Shown here piece after piece: positions 26,938 to 36,379 of a stretch of 64,000 bases of DNA (the first letter of the stretch is position 1; each line of letters begins with the position of its first letter). Origin of the DNA: Levilinea sp. (lineage in GTDB: Bacteria > Chloroflexota > Anaerolineae > Anaerolineales > Anaerolineaceae); NCBI GenBank assembly GCA_029975215.1, contig JARKPO010000064.1:11536-75535 (forward strand), written 5' to 3'. A model generated the notes under the pieces. The model did no database searches, was not told the origin of the DNA, and saw only the letters and a program-made list of their open reading frames with translations. The position numbers and the translations under genes are program-made.

Positions 26938-27690
26938 ATGAAAGAATGGATCACCGGACGTAACCCCGTCTATGAAGTCATCACCGCCCGCCGCCGCGAC
27001 CTGTTCCGTTTGCAGGTGGCCCGCGGGGCGGAAGAAAAAGGGCGCCTGGCTCAAATTCTGCGCCTGGCCGAAGAGCGCCGCGTGCCCATCGAACGGGTTG
27101 GCCGCGAACGGCTGGATTCCCTGGGCGAAAACCATCAGGGGCTGGCGCTGGAGGTCAGCGGCTATCCTTACAGCGACCTCAGTGAAATTTTGGCCCGCGC
27201 CGAACAGCGCGGAGAACCGCTGTTTGTGCTGGTGCTCGACACCCTGCAAAACCCCCAGAACCTGGGCACCCTGCTGCGTACGGCCGAAGCTGTGGGTGTA
27301 CACGGGGTGCTCATGCCCCTGCGCCGCGCCGCCAGCGTGACCCCCGCGGTGGTGCACGCCTCGGCCGGGGCCAGCGAGCATTTGCTGGTGGCGGCCCTCA
27401 ACCTGGCCCAGGGTTTAGAGGCGCTCAAAAAAGCCGGGGCCTGGGCTGTGGGGTTGGAGGGCAGCCCTCAGGCTCAGGCGGTGGAACGTGTCCGCCTGGA
27501 CGGCCCATTGGCGTTGGTGGTGGGCAGCGAAGGCGAAGGCATGCGCGATCTGGTGCGGCGCTCCTGTGACTTATTGGTGTGCCTGCCGATGGTGGGCAAA
27601 ATTGAATCGCTGAATGCGGCTGTGGCCGGGTCGGTGGTGTTGTATCTGGCCCATCAGGCGCGCGCCGCCAAAAAACCGCCGTCGGCTTGA
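26938..27690 (+). CDS. rlmB: 23S rRNA (Gm2251) 2'-O-methyltransferase
   Basis: GRNPVYE, NHQG, PQNLGTLLRTA, VGSEGEG, ESLNAAVA SPOUT motifs. Confidence 0.93.
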   Translation: MKEWITGRNPVYEVITARRRDLFRLQVARGAEEKGRLAQILRLAEERRVPIERVGRERLDSLGENHQGLALEVSGYPYSDLSEILARAEQRGEPLFVLVLDTLQNPQNLGTLLRTAEAVGVHGVLMPLRRAASVTPAVVHASAGASEHLLVAALNLAQGLEALKKAGAWAVGLEGSPQAQAVERVRLDGPLALVVGSEGEGMRDLVRRSCDLLVCLPMVGKIESLNAAVAGSVVLYLAHQARAAKKPPSA

Positions 27691-27754
27691 TCTCCCTGCA
27701 ATTCCGTCACCGCGAACGCATGGTAGCGGCGCTTAAGACGCCCCATGATATAGA

Positions 27755-27916
27755 ACCGCGAAGGCCCTAAGCACGCGAAGTGGGATGGGGGGAGCACATT
27801 GCTTCATCAAACGTGCCGCGTGGACAGAGGTTGATTTAACCGCCCTCTTGGCGTTCTTTGCTCCTTGGCGGTGAAAAAACATGTCTTCGAACCACGAAAG
27901 CGATAAGGATGCGAAG
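27755..27916. repeat. Three alternating-orientation 26-bp REP/BIME-like units
   Basis: ACCGCGAAGGCCCTAAGCACGCGAAG (27755-27780, +), ACCGCCAAGGAGCAAAGAACGCCAAG (27847-27872, -), ACCACGAAAGCGATAAGGATGCGAAG (27891-27916, +). Confidence 0.7.
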
Positions 27917-28129
27917 CAGCCAGGCGATTCCTCACCTTGTACGGGCACGCCCTCAAAAGGCGAAGACATGAGCGCATCTAGCCCAAATCAAACCAGCTTA
28001 AACTTATACAAAACTCATCTGGATTAACAGAATTCTGACACCCCCATGCTATAATCATTTTGTTGCAGAACCTTCAAGCGCGCCTCAGTTTGGGCCGCAT
28101 CTATTCTAGTATCAGCGGAGGAAACCCCC

Positions 28130-28615
28130 ATGTTAATCAGCAAAAAACTCAACGACGCCATCAACGCCCAGATTGGCCATGAATTTCAGGCCTCCATGAA
28201 TTACCTGGCGGTCGCCTGCTACTATGACGGCCTGGCCCTTTCCAAACTGGCCTCCTTCTTCTTCAAACAGGCCGAAGAAGAACGCGAACACGCTCTGAAA
28301 TTCATCAAATATATCCTGGAAACCGGCGGCGAAGTTCGCATCCCCGCCCTGACGGCCCCCAAGTACGATTTTAAATCCGCGGAAGAGACCTTCAAGATGT
28401 CGGTGGAATGGGAAATGGAAGTCACCGCCAACATCAACCACCTGATGGACATCGCCGTGGAAGAAAAAGACTACATCGCCCAGCAGTTCCTGGATTGGTT
28501 CACCAAAGAGCAGCTCGAAGAAGTCTCCACCATGGAACGCCTGCTGGCGGTTGTGCAGCGCGCGGGCGAGAAAAACCTCATCATGATGGAAGCCTACCTC
28601 TCCCACGAGGACTAA
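28130..28615 (+). CDS. ftnA: Non-heme ferritin
   Basis: NAQIGHE..AS..YL, QAEEEREHALK, E.EVT, FLDWF..EQLEE ferroxidase residues. Extended -10 TGCTATAAT upstream. Confidence 0.93.
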   Translation: MLISKKLNDAINAQIGHEFQASMNYLAVACYYDGLALSKLASFFFKQAEEEREHALKFIKYILETGGEVRIPALTAPKYDFKSAEETFKMSVEWEMEVTANINHLMDIAVEEKDYIAQQFLDWFTKEQLEEVSTMERLLAVVQRAGEKNLIMMEAYLSHED

Positions 28616-28731
28616 GCTCACCCAACCCGTAAAGCTCAAAGCCGCCCCGCCCCCAAAAAGAGTGGGGCGGCTCGCCAATCTTCCCCAAAGCGCTTTCAAC
28701 CACTCTTCTAGCGGTGTCAGGAGGGACACTC

Positions 28732-30114
28732 ATGGCCACCACCACCATCCCAGGGCTTAACAGCCGCCAACTGCTCGGGCAGCTTCGGCGTGTGCAAAGC
28801 GACACGCTGGGGTTCCTGATGGACTGCGTTCAAACCTACGGCGACCTGGTCTCCTTTCAGGCCGGGCCAACCACCGCAGTCCTGGTCAACCAGCCCGAAG
28901 GCGTGCGCCACATCCTGCAGGACAACGCCCGCAATTATTCCAAAGATACGGTGCAATACAATGCCCTGTCCAGCATCACCGGCCGCGGCCTGCTCACCAG
29001 CGACGGCGACCTGTGGTTCCGCCAGCGCCGCCTGGAACAGCCCGCCTTCTCCCGCCCGCGCCTGGCCGCGCTGGACAGCTTCGTCGTCCCCGCCGTGCAG
29101 CGCTTGCTGGACCATTGGGAAACCCACCTGCCCACCGGCCAATCCATTGACGTGGATCAGCACATGATGCAGGTCACCCTGGAAATCGTCGGCAAAGCCC
29201 TCTTCAGCATCGACCTTTCCAGCCAGGCCCCCGCGCTCACCAGCGCTGTGCTCACCACCCTGGATCACATCGTCCACCGCGCCCGCAACCCCATCAGCCT
29301 GCCGGCCTTTTTGCCCACCCGCCGCAACCTGCGCTTCCGCGCCGCGCTCAGCACCCTCGATGCCGCCGTGTACGACCTGATGGCCGCGCGCAGAGAAGCC
29401 GGCGACCCCGGCGAGGATATGCTGGGCATGCTCATGAAGGCCCGCGATGAAGAGACCGGCCAACCCATGAGCGAACGTCAGGTGCGCGATGAGGTCATCA
29501 CCCTGCTCATCGCCGGGCACGAAACGGTGGCCAGCGCCCTCACCTGGACTTTTCACCTGCTGGCTGCCAACCCCGGCGCCCGTCAGCGCCTGGAAAACGA
29601 GGTGCACAGCGTGTTGGGCGGGCGGCTGCCCACCACCGCCGATCTGCCCAACCTGCCCTACACCGGCTGGGTCTTTTCTGAGGCGCTGCGCCTGTACCCG
29701 CCCGCCTGGCTGATCACGCGCAAAGCTCTGGCCGAAGATCATCTGGACGGGCACACGCTGCCCCCCGGTACCCTCATCATCCTCAGCCCCTACGTGCTGC
29801 AGCGCTCCCCTGCCTACTGGCCAGATCCGGAACGGTTTCTGCCCGAACGCTTTGAGCCCAGCACCGAAAAAGCCCGCCCGCGCTACGCTTACATCCCCTT
29901 TGGCGGCGGCCCGCGCCTGTGCATCGGCAGCAACTTCGCCCAAATTGAAGCCCAGCTTATCCTGGCCATGGTCGCCCAGCGCTTCCGCCTGGAATCGGAC
30001 CCGCACACCGCCGTCATCCCCGACCCCCTGGTCACCATCCGCCCCCGCGGCGGGCTGCATATGACCCTTTCGCGTTCTCAACCCGAACCCACCCCTGCGG
30101 AGGCCGCCGTTTGA
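28732..30114 (+). CDS. Cytochrome P450
   Basis: AGHET I-helix, EALRLYPP ExxR, PERF, FGGGPRLCIG heme ligand. Confidence 0.96.
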   Translation: MATTTIPGLNSRQLLGQLRRVQSDTLGFLMDCVQTYGDLVSFQAGPTTAVLVNQPEGVRHILQDNARNYSKDTVQYNALSSITGRGLLTSDGDLWFRQRRLEQPAFSRPRLAALDSFVVPAVQRLLDHWETHLPTGQSIDVDQHMMQVTLEIVGKALFSIDLSSQAPALTSAVLTTLDHIVHRARNPISLPAFLPTRRNLRFRAALSTLDAAVYDLMAARREAGDPGEDMLGMLMKARDEETGQPMSERQVRDEVITLLIAGHETVASALTWTFHLLAANPGARQRLENEVHSVLGGRLPTTADLPNLPYTGWVFSEALRLYPPAWLITRKALAEDHLDGHTLPPGTLIILSPYVLQRSPAYWPDPERFLPERFEPSTEKARPRYAYIPFGGGPRLCIGSNFAQIEAQLILAMVAQRFRLESDPHTAVIPDPLVTIRPRGGLHMTLSRSQPEPTPAEAAV

Positions 30115-30560
30115 GCCGTATCGAAAACGAGGTTCTGCAAGCCTACCTGGAAGACTCGCTGCATATCCTCACCGCCAGTCTGGAACAGGTGGAAAACGGT
30201 GCCGTCGTCTTTTACCGCGTCGTCGCCCTGCAGCTGCGCCTGCTGCTGTGCGATTCCAGCCGCCGCCATAACCGCCGGGAAGACACCTCCCTGGCCGAGC
30301 AGCTCTTCCCAGATCTTGCCTTGCCCGCCCTCGCCCCACCGCACACACCCCTACCCCTGGCCCAATGGCTGGAACAGCCTGCCGCAGCCGGTTTAACCGT
30401 GCGCCAGATGATCCGCCGCGTGTGCGATCAGGACGGCGGTGCACATGTGGACCCCCACCCCCGGGCCGGGCTGCCCGACCTATCCCCCCAAGAAGTTCAG
30501 AGCGCAATCTTCCGTCTGGGTCAAATCACCGCTCAATCCCTCCGCCAGCGGCTGGAATAA
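30111..30560 (+). CDS. Hypothetical protein, translationally coupled to the P450
   Basis: TTG start overlaps the P450 stop; conserved-looking LRLLLCD and DQDGGAHVD motifs. Confidence 0.6.
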   Translation: MSRIENEVLQAYLEDSLHILTASLEQVENGAVVFYRVVALQLRLLLCDSSRRHNRREDTSLAEQLFPDLALPALAPPHTPLPLAQWLEQPAAAGLTVRQMIRRVCDQDGGAHVDPHPRAGLPDLSPQEVQSAIFRLGQITAQSLRQRLE

Positions 30561-30647
30561 ACCGCTCAGTATAAAAAAACTTCTGCGAATCATCAATTCG
30601 TAGTATCATTCTTGCGTCCATCCTATCCCATTCAAAAGAGTTTCTCT

Positions 30648-31544
30648 ATGCGCTGGATCCGCGATTACCAACCCCAACCTGAACAAGGCCGTCTCTACCG
30701 CCAGGCTCTCATTTTGACCCTGGGCGGTAACCTGCTGTTGGCCGTGGGCAAGGGGCTGGCCGCCTATTTCTCCGGCTCGGTGGCTCTGTATGCCGACGCA
30801 GCCAATTCCGTTTCGGACGTGTTTTACTCACTGATGATGGTCTTGGGGTTGTGGGTGGCCCAACGCCCCCCAGACCTCTCTCACCCCCAGGGGCACAGCC
30901 GCTTTGAACCGCTGGTGGGCATCAGCGTGGCCTTCTCCATGGGCCTGGCTGGTTACGAAGCCGCGCGCACCGCGCTGATCCGTTTCCAGATGGGCGGTTT
31001 GGCGGTAGAAGCGGGGCTGCCCGCCGTGGTACTGCTCATCAGTGCGCTGATCAAGGTGTTCATGTTCCTGCGCATCCGCGCCCTGGCCCGCAGTCTGCAC
31101 AGCCCCACCCTGGCCACCACCGCCAAAGATAACCTTTCGGATGTGCTCACCTCCATCGCCGCCTTTGTCGGCGCCTTCGGCTCCAGCCTCATTCACCCCC
31201 TCACGGACCCCATCGCCGGGTTCCTGGTGGCCGCCTGGATCCTCCGCGCCGCCTTCATGGCCGTGCGCGAAAACCTGGGATTCCTCACCGGCGCAGGAGC
31301 CTCTGAAGAGGTGCGTCAGCAAATTGCCGCCGCTGCCCGCGAAATCCCCGGCGTGCAGGCCGTGCACCACCTCATGGCCGAGTACGTCGGCCCGCAGTTG
31401 GTGGTGGATTTGCACATCAATGTAGACACCAACCTGCCGCTCAAAGATACTCACGCCATCGAAGATGCCGTCGTCGCCCGATTGGAAGCCATCCCCGAAG
31501 TGGACCGCGCCTACGTGCATATCGAACCTGTGGGCTGGCAGTAA
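30648..31544 (+). CDS. Cation diffusion facilitator (FieF-like) transporter
   Basis: SVALYADAANSVSD, HPQGHSRFE, DNLSD, C-terminal HIEP. Confidence 0.93.
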   Translation: MRWIRDYQPQPEQGRLYRQALILTLGGNLLLAVGKGLAAYFSGSVALYADAANSVSDVFYSLMMVLGLWVAQRPPDLSHPQGHSRFEPLVGISVAFSMGLAGYEAARTALIRFQMGGLAVEAGLPAVVLLISALIKVFMFLRIRALARSLHSPTLATTAKDNLSDVLTSIAAFVGAFGSSLIHPLTDPIAGFLVAAWILRAAFMAVRENLGFLTGAGASEEVRQQIAAAAREIPGVQAVHHLMAEYVGPQLVVDLHINVDTNLPLKDTHAIEDAVVARLEAIPEVDRAYVHIEPVGWQ

Positions 31545-31571
31545 GCCGCGGTTTCCCCGTTCCATTAAACC

Positions 31572-31607
31572 AAAACGCCCTGAGCCGCACGCTCCGGGCG
31601 TTTTTTT
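31572..31607. terminator. Bidirectional intrinsic terminator
   Basis: AAAACGCCC-TGAGC...GCTCC-GGGCGTTTTTTT between convergent genes. Confidence 0.8.
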
Positions 31608-31621
31608 AGGCGAGGGAAGCC

Positions 31622-32797
31622 TTACAGGTATTCGCGCAGTTGGCGGCTGCGGCGCGGATGGCGCAGGCGGCGCAGCGCTTTGCTCTCAATTTGACGGATG
31701 CGCTCGCGCGTGAGGCCAAATTTCTGTCCCACTTCTTCCAGGGTGTAGCTGCGCCCATTTTCCAGCCCAAAGCGCATGCGCAAAATGCGCGCCTCGCGCG
31801 GCGGCAGGGTATCCAACACCGCCTCCACTTTCTCACGCAGCAGTTTGGTGTACGCGCTTTGGATCGGCGAAGGGGTGATATCGTCTTCCACAAACATGCC
31901 CAGTTCCACGTCTTCGTCATCCCCGTTGATGGGGCTTTCCAACGAGAGCGGCAGCCACGACACCCGCATCATCCATTCCACTTTGGAAGTCGGCGAACCG
32001 ATGGCTTCAGCCAGCTCATCCGTGGTCGGGACTCGCCCCAGCTTCTGCTCCATCTCGTGCGAGGTCTTATACAGCAGGCGAATGCGGTCCACCATATGCA
32101 CCGGCACACGAATGGTGCGCCCCTGATCGGCAATGGCCCGCGTGATCGTCTGGCGGATCCACCAGGTGGCGTACGTGGAAAAACGGAAGCCGCGTTGATA
32201 TTCGTATTTTTCCACGGCCTTCATCAGGCCCAAATTGCCCTCTTGAATCAAATCCAAAAACGGCACGCCGCGGCCCATATAGCGCTTGGCGATGCTCACC
32301 ACCAGGCGGGTATTGGCCTTAATCAAATGTTCGCGTGCCAGGTTGCCATCCTGCACCTGCTCTTCCAACTCCTGACGGCGAGCTTTGGGGCAGCTGCCGT
32401 TCATTTTCTGCAGTTCTTTTTGGGCCGCGCGCCCGGCTTCGATCCGCTGGGCCAGCTGAATTTCTTCGTCCACACCCAGCAGCGAAACGCGCGCCATCTC
32501 TTTTAGATACAGCCCAATGGTGTCGTCGCTGGAAATGGGGGAAAGATCCGCAAATGGGTTCAAATCGCTGGGGTGATCGTCTTCCTCCCCGCAGCCCGAA
32601 TCATCGTGATCCAAAATTGCCACCCCGCGGCGGCGCAGCATCACCACGAAGGCCTCCATCCGTTCCGCATCCTGGGTGATATCCGGATACACTTCAATCA
32701 AATCATCGGTGGTCAAATAGCCTTGAACATCCGCTTTTTCCAGCAGCATGTTCAGAATTTCGTGATTTTGATTGCGCCTGCCTGGATTTGCCAACAT
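31622..32797 (-). CDS. Second RpoD/SigA-family sigma-70 factor
   Basis: Region 1.1-like [61 protein letters not shown]. Confidence 0.93.
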   Translation of the reverse strand: MLANPGRRNQNHEILNMLLEKADVQGYLTTDDLIEVYPDITQDAERMEAFVVMLRRRGVAILDHDDSGCGEEDDHPSDLNPFADLSPISSDDTIGLYLKEMARVSLLGVDEEIQLAQRIEAGRAAQKELQKMNGSCPKARRQELEEQVQDGNLAREHLIKANTRLVVSIAKRYMGRGVPFLDLIQEGNLGLMKAVEKYEYQRGFRFSTYATWWIRQTITRAIADQGRTIRVPVHMVDRIRLLYKTSHEMEQKLGRVPTTDELAEAIGSPTSKVEWMMRVSWLPLSLESPINGDDEDVELGMFVEDDITPSPIQSAYTKLLREKVEAVLDTLPPREARILRMRFGLENGRSYTLEEVGQKFGLTRERIRQIESKALRRLRHPRRSRQLREYL

Positions 32798-32857
32798 ACC
32801 CTCCTGATCTGGCTCTCAGGACCTGGACACGATCACCGGTGCATGGGGGGTGAGAGT

Positions 32858-33337
32858 CTATGCCCGGGCAGATTTAGCAGCCTGGTGCTCGCATAAACCC
32901 TGGTTTAAATCTGCCCCGCATTCCACGCACAGCCCGAGGCAGTCCTCGCGGCACAGTGGTCGAATCGGCACTTCTAAGAGCAAATACTCACGCGCCAGCG
33001 GCCCAAGATCAATATTGCCGTCTTCAGGTAAAATTAAACCCGAGTCGGTCAGCGCTTTATTATGAAAAGCGAACAATTCGCTGAAGGTAGTGTGCAGCGG
33101 CTGCAAAAATTCGGTCAAACAGCGCACGCATTCAACCGTTGTTTGCCCCTCAAAATCACCCTGAGCCAGAATACCCTGAGGCGTGCGGCTAAAACGCGCC
33201 ACACCTTTAAACTGGCTCAAGCCCAGGTCATTCAACTGGAGTTGAGGGAACTCGAACTGTACATCTCGGCTGGTGCCGATCGTCTGGTGGATTAAAAAGC
33301 CAACGTTGACCCGCAAGGGGTATTTTAAAGTAGTCAC
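32858..33337 (-). CDS. yceD: YceD/DUF177 family protein
   Basis: ECVRCL...PLCREDCLGLCVECGADLN. Confidence 0.9.
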   Translation of the reverse strand: MTTLKYPLRVNVGFLIHQTIGTSRDVQFEFPQLQLNDLGLSQFKGVARFSRTPQGILAQGDFEGQTTVECVRCLTEFLQPLHTTFSELFAFHNKALTDSGLILPEDGNIDLGPLAREYLLLEVPIRPLCREDCLGLCVECGADLNQGLCEHQAAKSARA

Positions 33338-33386
33338 AGGCGGTCGTATTTATTTAAATGAGATCGGATATAATAGGTCGCATGTT

Positions 33387-33415
33387 ATTATATCATGCCG
33401 TTTTAATGTTGTCAA
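33387..33415 (-). promoter_or_regulatory. Perfect consensus sigma-70 promoter for yceD and the sigma gene
   Basis: Minus strand TTGACA-N17-TATAAT with an extended TG. Confidence 0.85.
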
Positions 33416-33453
33416 GTTTTTAAGATTAATTTCATAAAAATGGAGCTTTTCAC

Positions 33454-34119
33454 ATGCCTCTCCCCCTCTTGATCGGCAGCAACAACCCCGGCAAACTCAG
33501 CGAAATTCAGGATCTGCTCGCCGATTTGCTCCCCCAGGTACGCTGGCAGCGCGGTGAAACCCTTTTTCTGCCCCAAGACCTGGGCCTCGACCTGGATGTG
33601 GTGGAAGACGGCGAAACCTACGCCGAAAACGCCGCCCGCAAAGCCCTGTCCTTCTGCCAGTCGTCCGTCCTGATCACCCTCGCCGATGATTCCGGCTTAG
33701 AGGTGGCCGCCCTCGGAGGCGCGCCCGGGCTGCATTCCGCCCGCTTTGCCCCGCCCGACCTGCCCGCTGGTCAGCCCCTCACCAGCCCCATCCGCCGCGC
33801 CTATCTGCTGCGCCGCCTGGTTGAACTCGGCGCCCCCCGTCCCTGGGCTGCACGCTTTGTGTGCACAGTGGCCCTGGCCCTTCCGCCCGCCCGCCCCGGC
33901 GCAGAAATCTCCCTGTCCTATCATGTGGGCAGCTGCCCGGGCGAAATCATCCCCGAAGAGCGCGGCGAGGGCGGTTTTGGCTACGACCCCATCTTTCTGC
34001 TGCCCGAAGAGGGCCTCACCATGGCCGAAATCAGCTCTGAGCGCAAAAACCAGCTCAGCCACCGCGCCTTGGCCGTGCGTGCCGCTTTGCCCGCTCTGCG
34101 CGCTGCCCTGGGCATCTAA
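33454..34119 (+). CDS. rdgB: Non-canonical purine NTP pyrophosphatase (RdgB/HAM1)
   Basis: SNNPGK, ENA..KA, ADDSGL, PGLHSAR, GFGYDPIF, KNQLSHR. Confidence 0.95.
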   Translation: MPLPLLIGSNNPGKLSEIQDLLADLLPQVRWQRGETLFLPQDLGLDLDVVEDGETYAENAARKALSFCQSSVLITLADDSGLEVAALGGAPGLHSARFAPPDLPAGQPLTSPIRRAYLLRRLVELGAPRPWAARFVCTVALALPPARPGAEISLSYHVGSCPGEIIPEERGEGGFGYDPIFLLPEEGLTMAEISSERKNQLSHRALAVRAALPALRAALGI

Positions 34120-34138
34120 TCAACCTCATCCTTAAAAC

Positions 34139-34172
34139 AAACCGCGGAGCTTTTCGGCTCCGCGGCGATTTT
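34139..34172. terminator. Bidirectional terminator
   Basis: CCGCGGAGC-TTTTCG-GCTCCGCGG flanked by A and T runs between convergent genes. Confidence 0.75.
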
Positions 34173-34190
34173 TAAGCTTTACCCAGTCGC

Positions 34191-36194
34191 TTACGGCAGC
34201 GGGGCGATCATAGGCAGATAGCGCACAATCGTGGTGCCGCGCAAGCCCAGGTACAGCGCGCCGCGTTCATCTTCCGGCAGCCAGATGATGATGCGCGCCC
34301 GCTTTTCTTTCCGGTCCGGCGGCACATACTTCACCACCAATTTGCACTGGTTGGCCCCTTCCTCGCCGGTGAACAACCGGTTTGAGCAGTTATCGTATTC
34401 AATCGTGAACAGATCTGGCCGTTCAGTGCCCACTGGCGCCGCCAGAGCGATGTCGCCAATTTCCAGATCATCCAGGAAACGCACCGTAAATTCTACGTAA
34501 ATCGGCTGATTCACCCATCCGTAAAAATCGCCCGCGCTGGGCTGAATGTTTGGGTTGCCCGGCAGCGTGCCCTGATCGCGCATGAACACCTGCATGTCAT
34601 TAAGCAGTTGCCCGGTGGACAGGAGGTCGCCCGTAGATAAAAAGGTGACAAAGCGCCCCGACCCGCTCAAAGACGGCAATCCCGAGTTTTTCGCCGATTC
34701 AAAGCCCGCCGTGGTCACACTCACCCGCCAGGTGGGGTTATAGAGCGCGTCCAAATATTCCATTTCATGCACAAACACATCCGGGCAGTTCCAGGTGGTA
34801 CCAACCTGGTCGCCAAAGTTCCATTCACAATTGAAGTTGTTGTCCATGACGTCCAGGTTGTCTGCGTACGAAGTAAATGCAACCACCTTGCCGTTGGGGC
34901 TGATCACCGGGGTAACCGAGTGTCCGTTGGCCTCCTCTGCCATCGAGTTGACCGATACGCGGTACATACCCACGTTATTGTCCTCAATCGCGCCGTACAG
35001 CTCGTACACGTACACATCCAACACCAGGTTGGAATCAATCCCAATTTCGGGGGTCATCAAATTGTCTGCATAAGAATGGAAAGCTACACGCACTGTTTCG
35101 CGGTCGGGCATGTACGCCACCGAAGGGCTGCCCGAGTTTCCGTTACCCGGCACGCCGTCCAGCCGTCCGCCCTGGCGCGACACCAGATACATCTTGGTCG
35201 CACCGCTTTCCCCGAACTCATCATACACGCCGTCTTTGTCCAGGTCGCGGTCCAGCAAATAAATCTGCGTGTACATCGCGGAACTGACCCCCGGCACCAA
35301 GTTGGTGGCATTGGAGACAAAGGCCACAAAGCGTCCGTCAGGCGTCACCGCAGGGGCCAGCGAATCACCGTTGGCAGGCGCCAGCCCATCGGCCCGCTGT
35401 GAAACCAGGGAGGTTGTCCCCGCGGCCACATCGCGCATATAAATATGCTGCCGGCCAGCAGGCACATTCAGACCTTCCACCAGGTTGCCCGCCAGCGATT
35501 CAAACAGCACGTAGGGATGCGGGGTGAACACCCCCGGCTGGCCGGGGTCTTCTTCGATGTACTGCACATAGGCCACACCCGCGCTGTGCACCGGATACAC
35601 GAGATTCGGCGGGAATTTCGAATTCGGCCCAGAGCCGCTGTGGTTATTGGCCGGGGCGCCGCCCACCCCCGCCGACACCAGCGTGATCCTGTTTTCTGGC
35701 GGGGCCAGGCGGTCGTACAGGAACACATCCCGTTTTCCGTTGCTATCCCCCGCCACCAGATTGGTAGCGTAGGATTGGAAAAGGATATAGCGCCCGTCCC
35801 AATCGGCATTCTGGTCGCCGACCACATAGGGATACTCTGAGTTTCTATCTGCGTTTTGGGTGAGCTTTTGAATGGTCTCAACAGGGACGCCGCCTTCCCC
35901 TGGGATGATGGCGCGCAAAAAGATGTCTGAAATAAAATCTGGGTCAGGCGAACCGGTGGGCAGCAGCAGGTTGGTAGCCGCGGTGTGAAAGGCGATATAG
36001 CGCGCGTAATAGCTGGTGCTGGCAAACCCCGAAGGTTTGTCGCCGTACTCATTTTGGAAGCTGACGGAGATCCCTTTGGTCAGGGCTGGAAGGTCATCTG
36101 CGGAAGCCGCGGTCACGCCCATCAACACCAGCCCCGCCGCCAGCAGGGTTGCCGCTGTGCGCTTCACCGTCCTCAGGATTTGGGATAACTCCAT
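34191..36194 (-). CDS. Secreted TolB/PD40-like beta-propeller repeat protein
   Basis: Signal peptide; repeated DGRxxxFxSxAxNL...D.N...DV(F/Y) units; C-terminal YLPMI. Confidence 0.85.
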   Translation of the reverse strand: MELSQILRTVKRTAATLLAAGLVLMGVTAASADDLPALTKGISVSFQNEYGDKPSGFASTSYYARYIAFHTAATNLLLPTGSPDPDFISDIFLRAIIPGEGGVPVETIQKLTQNADRNSEYPYVVGDQNADWDGRYILFQSYATNLVAGDSNGKRDVFLYDRLAPPENRITLVSAGVGGAPANNHSGSGPNSKFPPNLVYPVHSAGVAYVQYIEEDPGQPGVFTPHPYVLFESLAGNLVEGLNVPAGRQHIYMRDVAAGTTSLVSQRADGLAPANGDSLAPAVTPDGRFVAFVSNATNLVPGVSSAMYTQIYLLDRDLDKDGVYDEFGESGATKMYLVSRQGGRLDGVPGNGNSGSPSVAYMPDRETVRVAFHSYADNLMTPEIGIDSNLVLDVYVYELYGAIEDNNVGMYRVSVNSMAEEANGHSVTPVISPNGKVVAFTSYADNLDVMDNNFNCEWNFGDQVGTTWNCPDVFVHEMEYLDALYNPTWRVSVTTAGFESAKNSGLPSLSGSGRFVTFLSTGDLLSTGQLLNDMQVFMRDQGTLPGNPNIQPSAGDFYGWVNQPIYVEFTVRFLDDLEIGDIALAAPVGTERPDLFTIEYDNCSNRLFTGEEGANQCKLVVKYVPPDRKEKRARIIIWLPEDERGALYLGLRGTTIVRYLPMIAPLP

Positions 36195-36379
36195 ACGCTT
36201 TCCTCCTCTGGCATAACCGACTCAACGGCCGGTATGCCCAAAAACCGCCGCATATCAGTATTGTACATGAAGAACCTGTTCAGGGAGTTTACAGATTTCT
36301 AAGGTACCTTGCAGTTCATTGCCCCCGTGAACGCGGGCTGGGGCTGACCGCCGCGCCAACCCCAGCCCGCGCCAGCCCC

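Noticed and set aside
27755-27916. Possible mini-CRISPR array
   Set aside because: Units alternate in orientation, are degenerate and unevenly spaced, and no cas genes are present.
27733-27969. 78-aa minus-strand ORF
   Set aside because: Overlaps the repeat cluster; its HRQGAKNAK segment is simply the translated repeat.
36272-36281. GAACCTGTTC as a second LexA box or att site at the end of the capsid module
   Set aside because: Spacer is 2 nt rather than 4, and there is no matching direct repeat at the other boundary.
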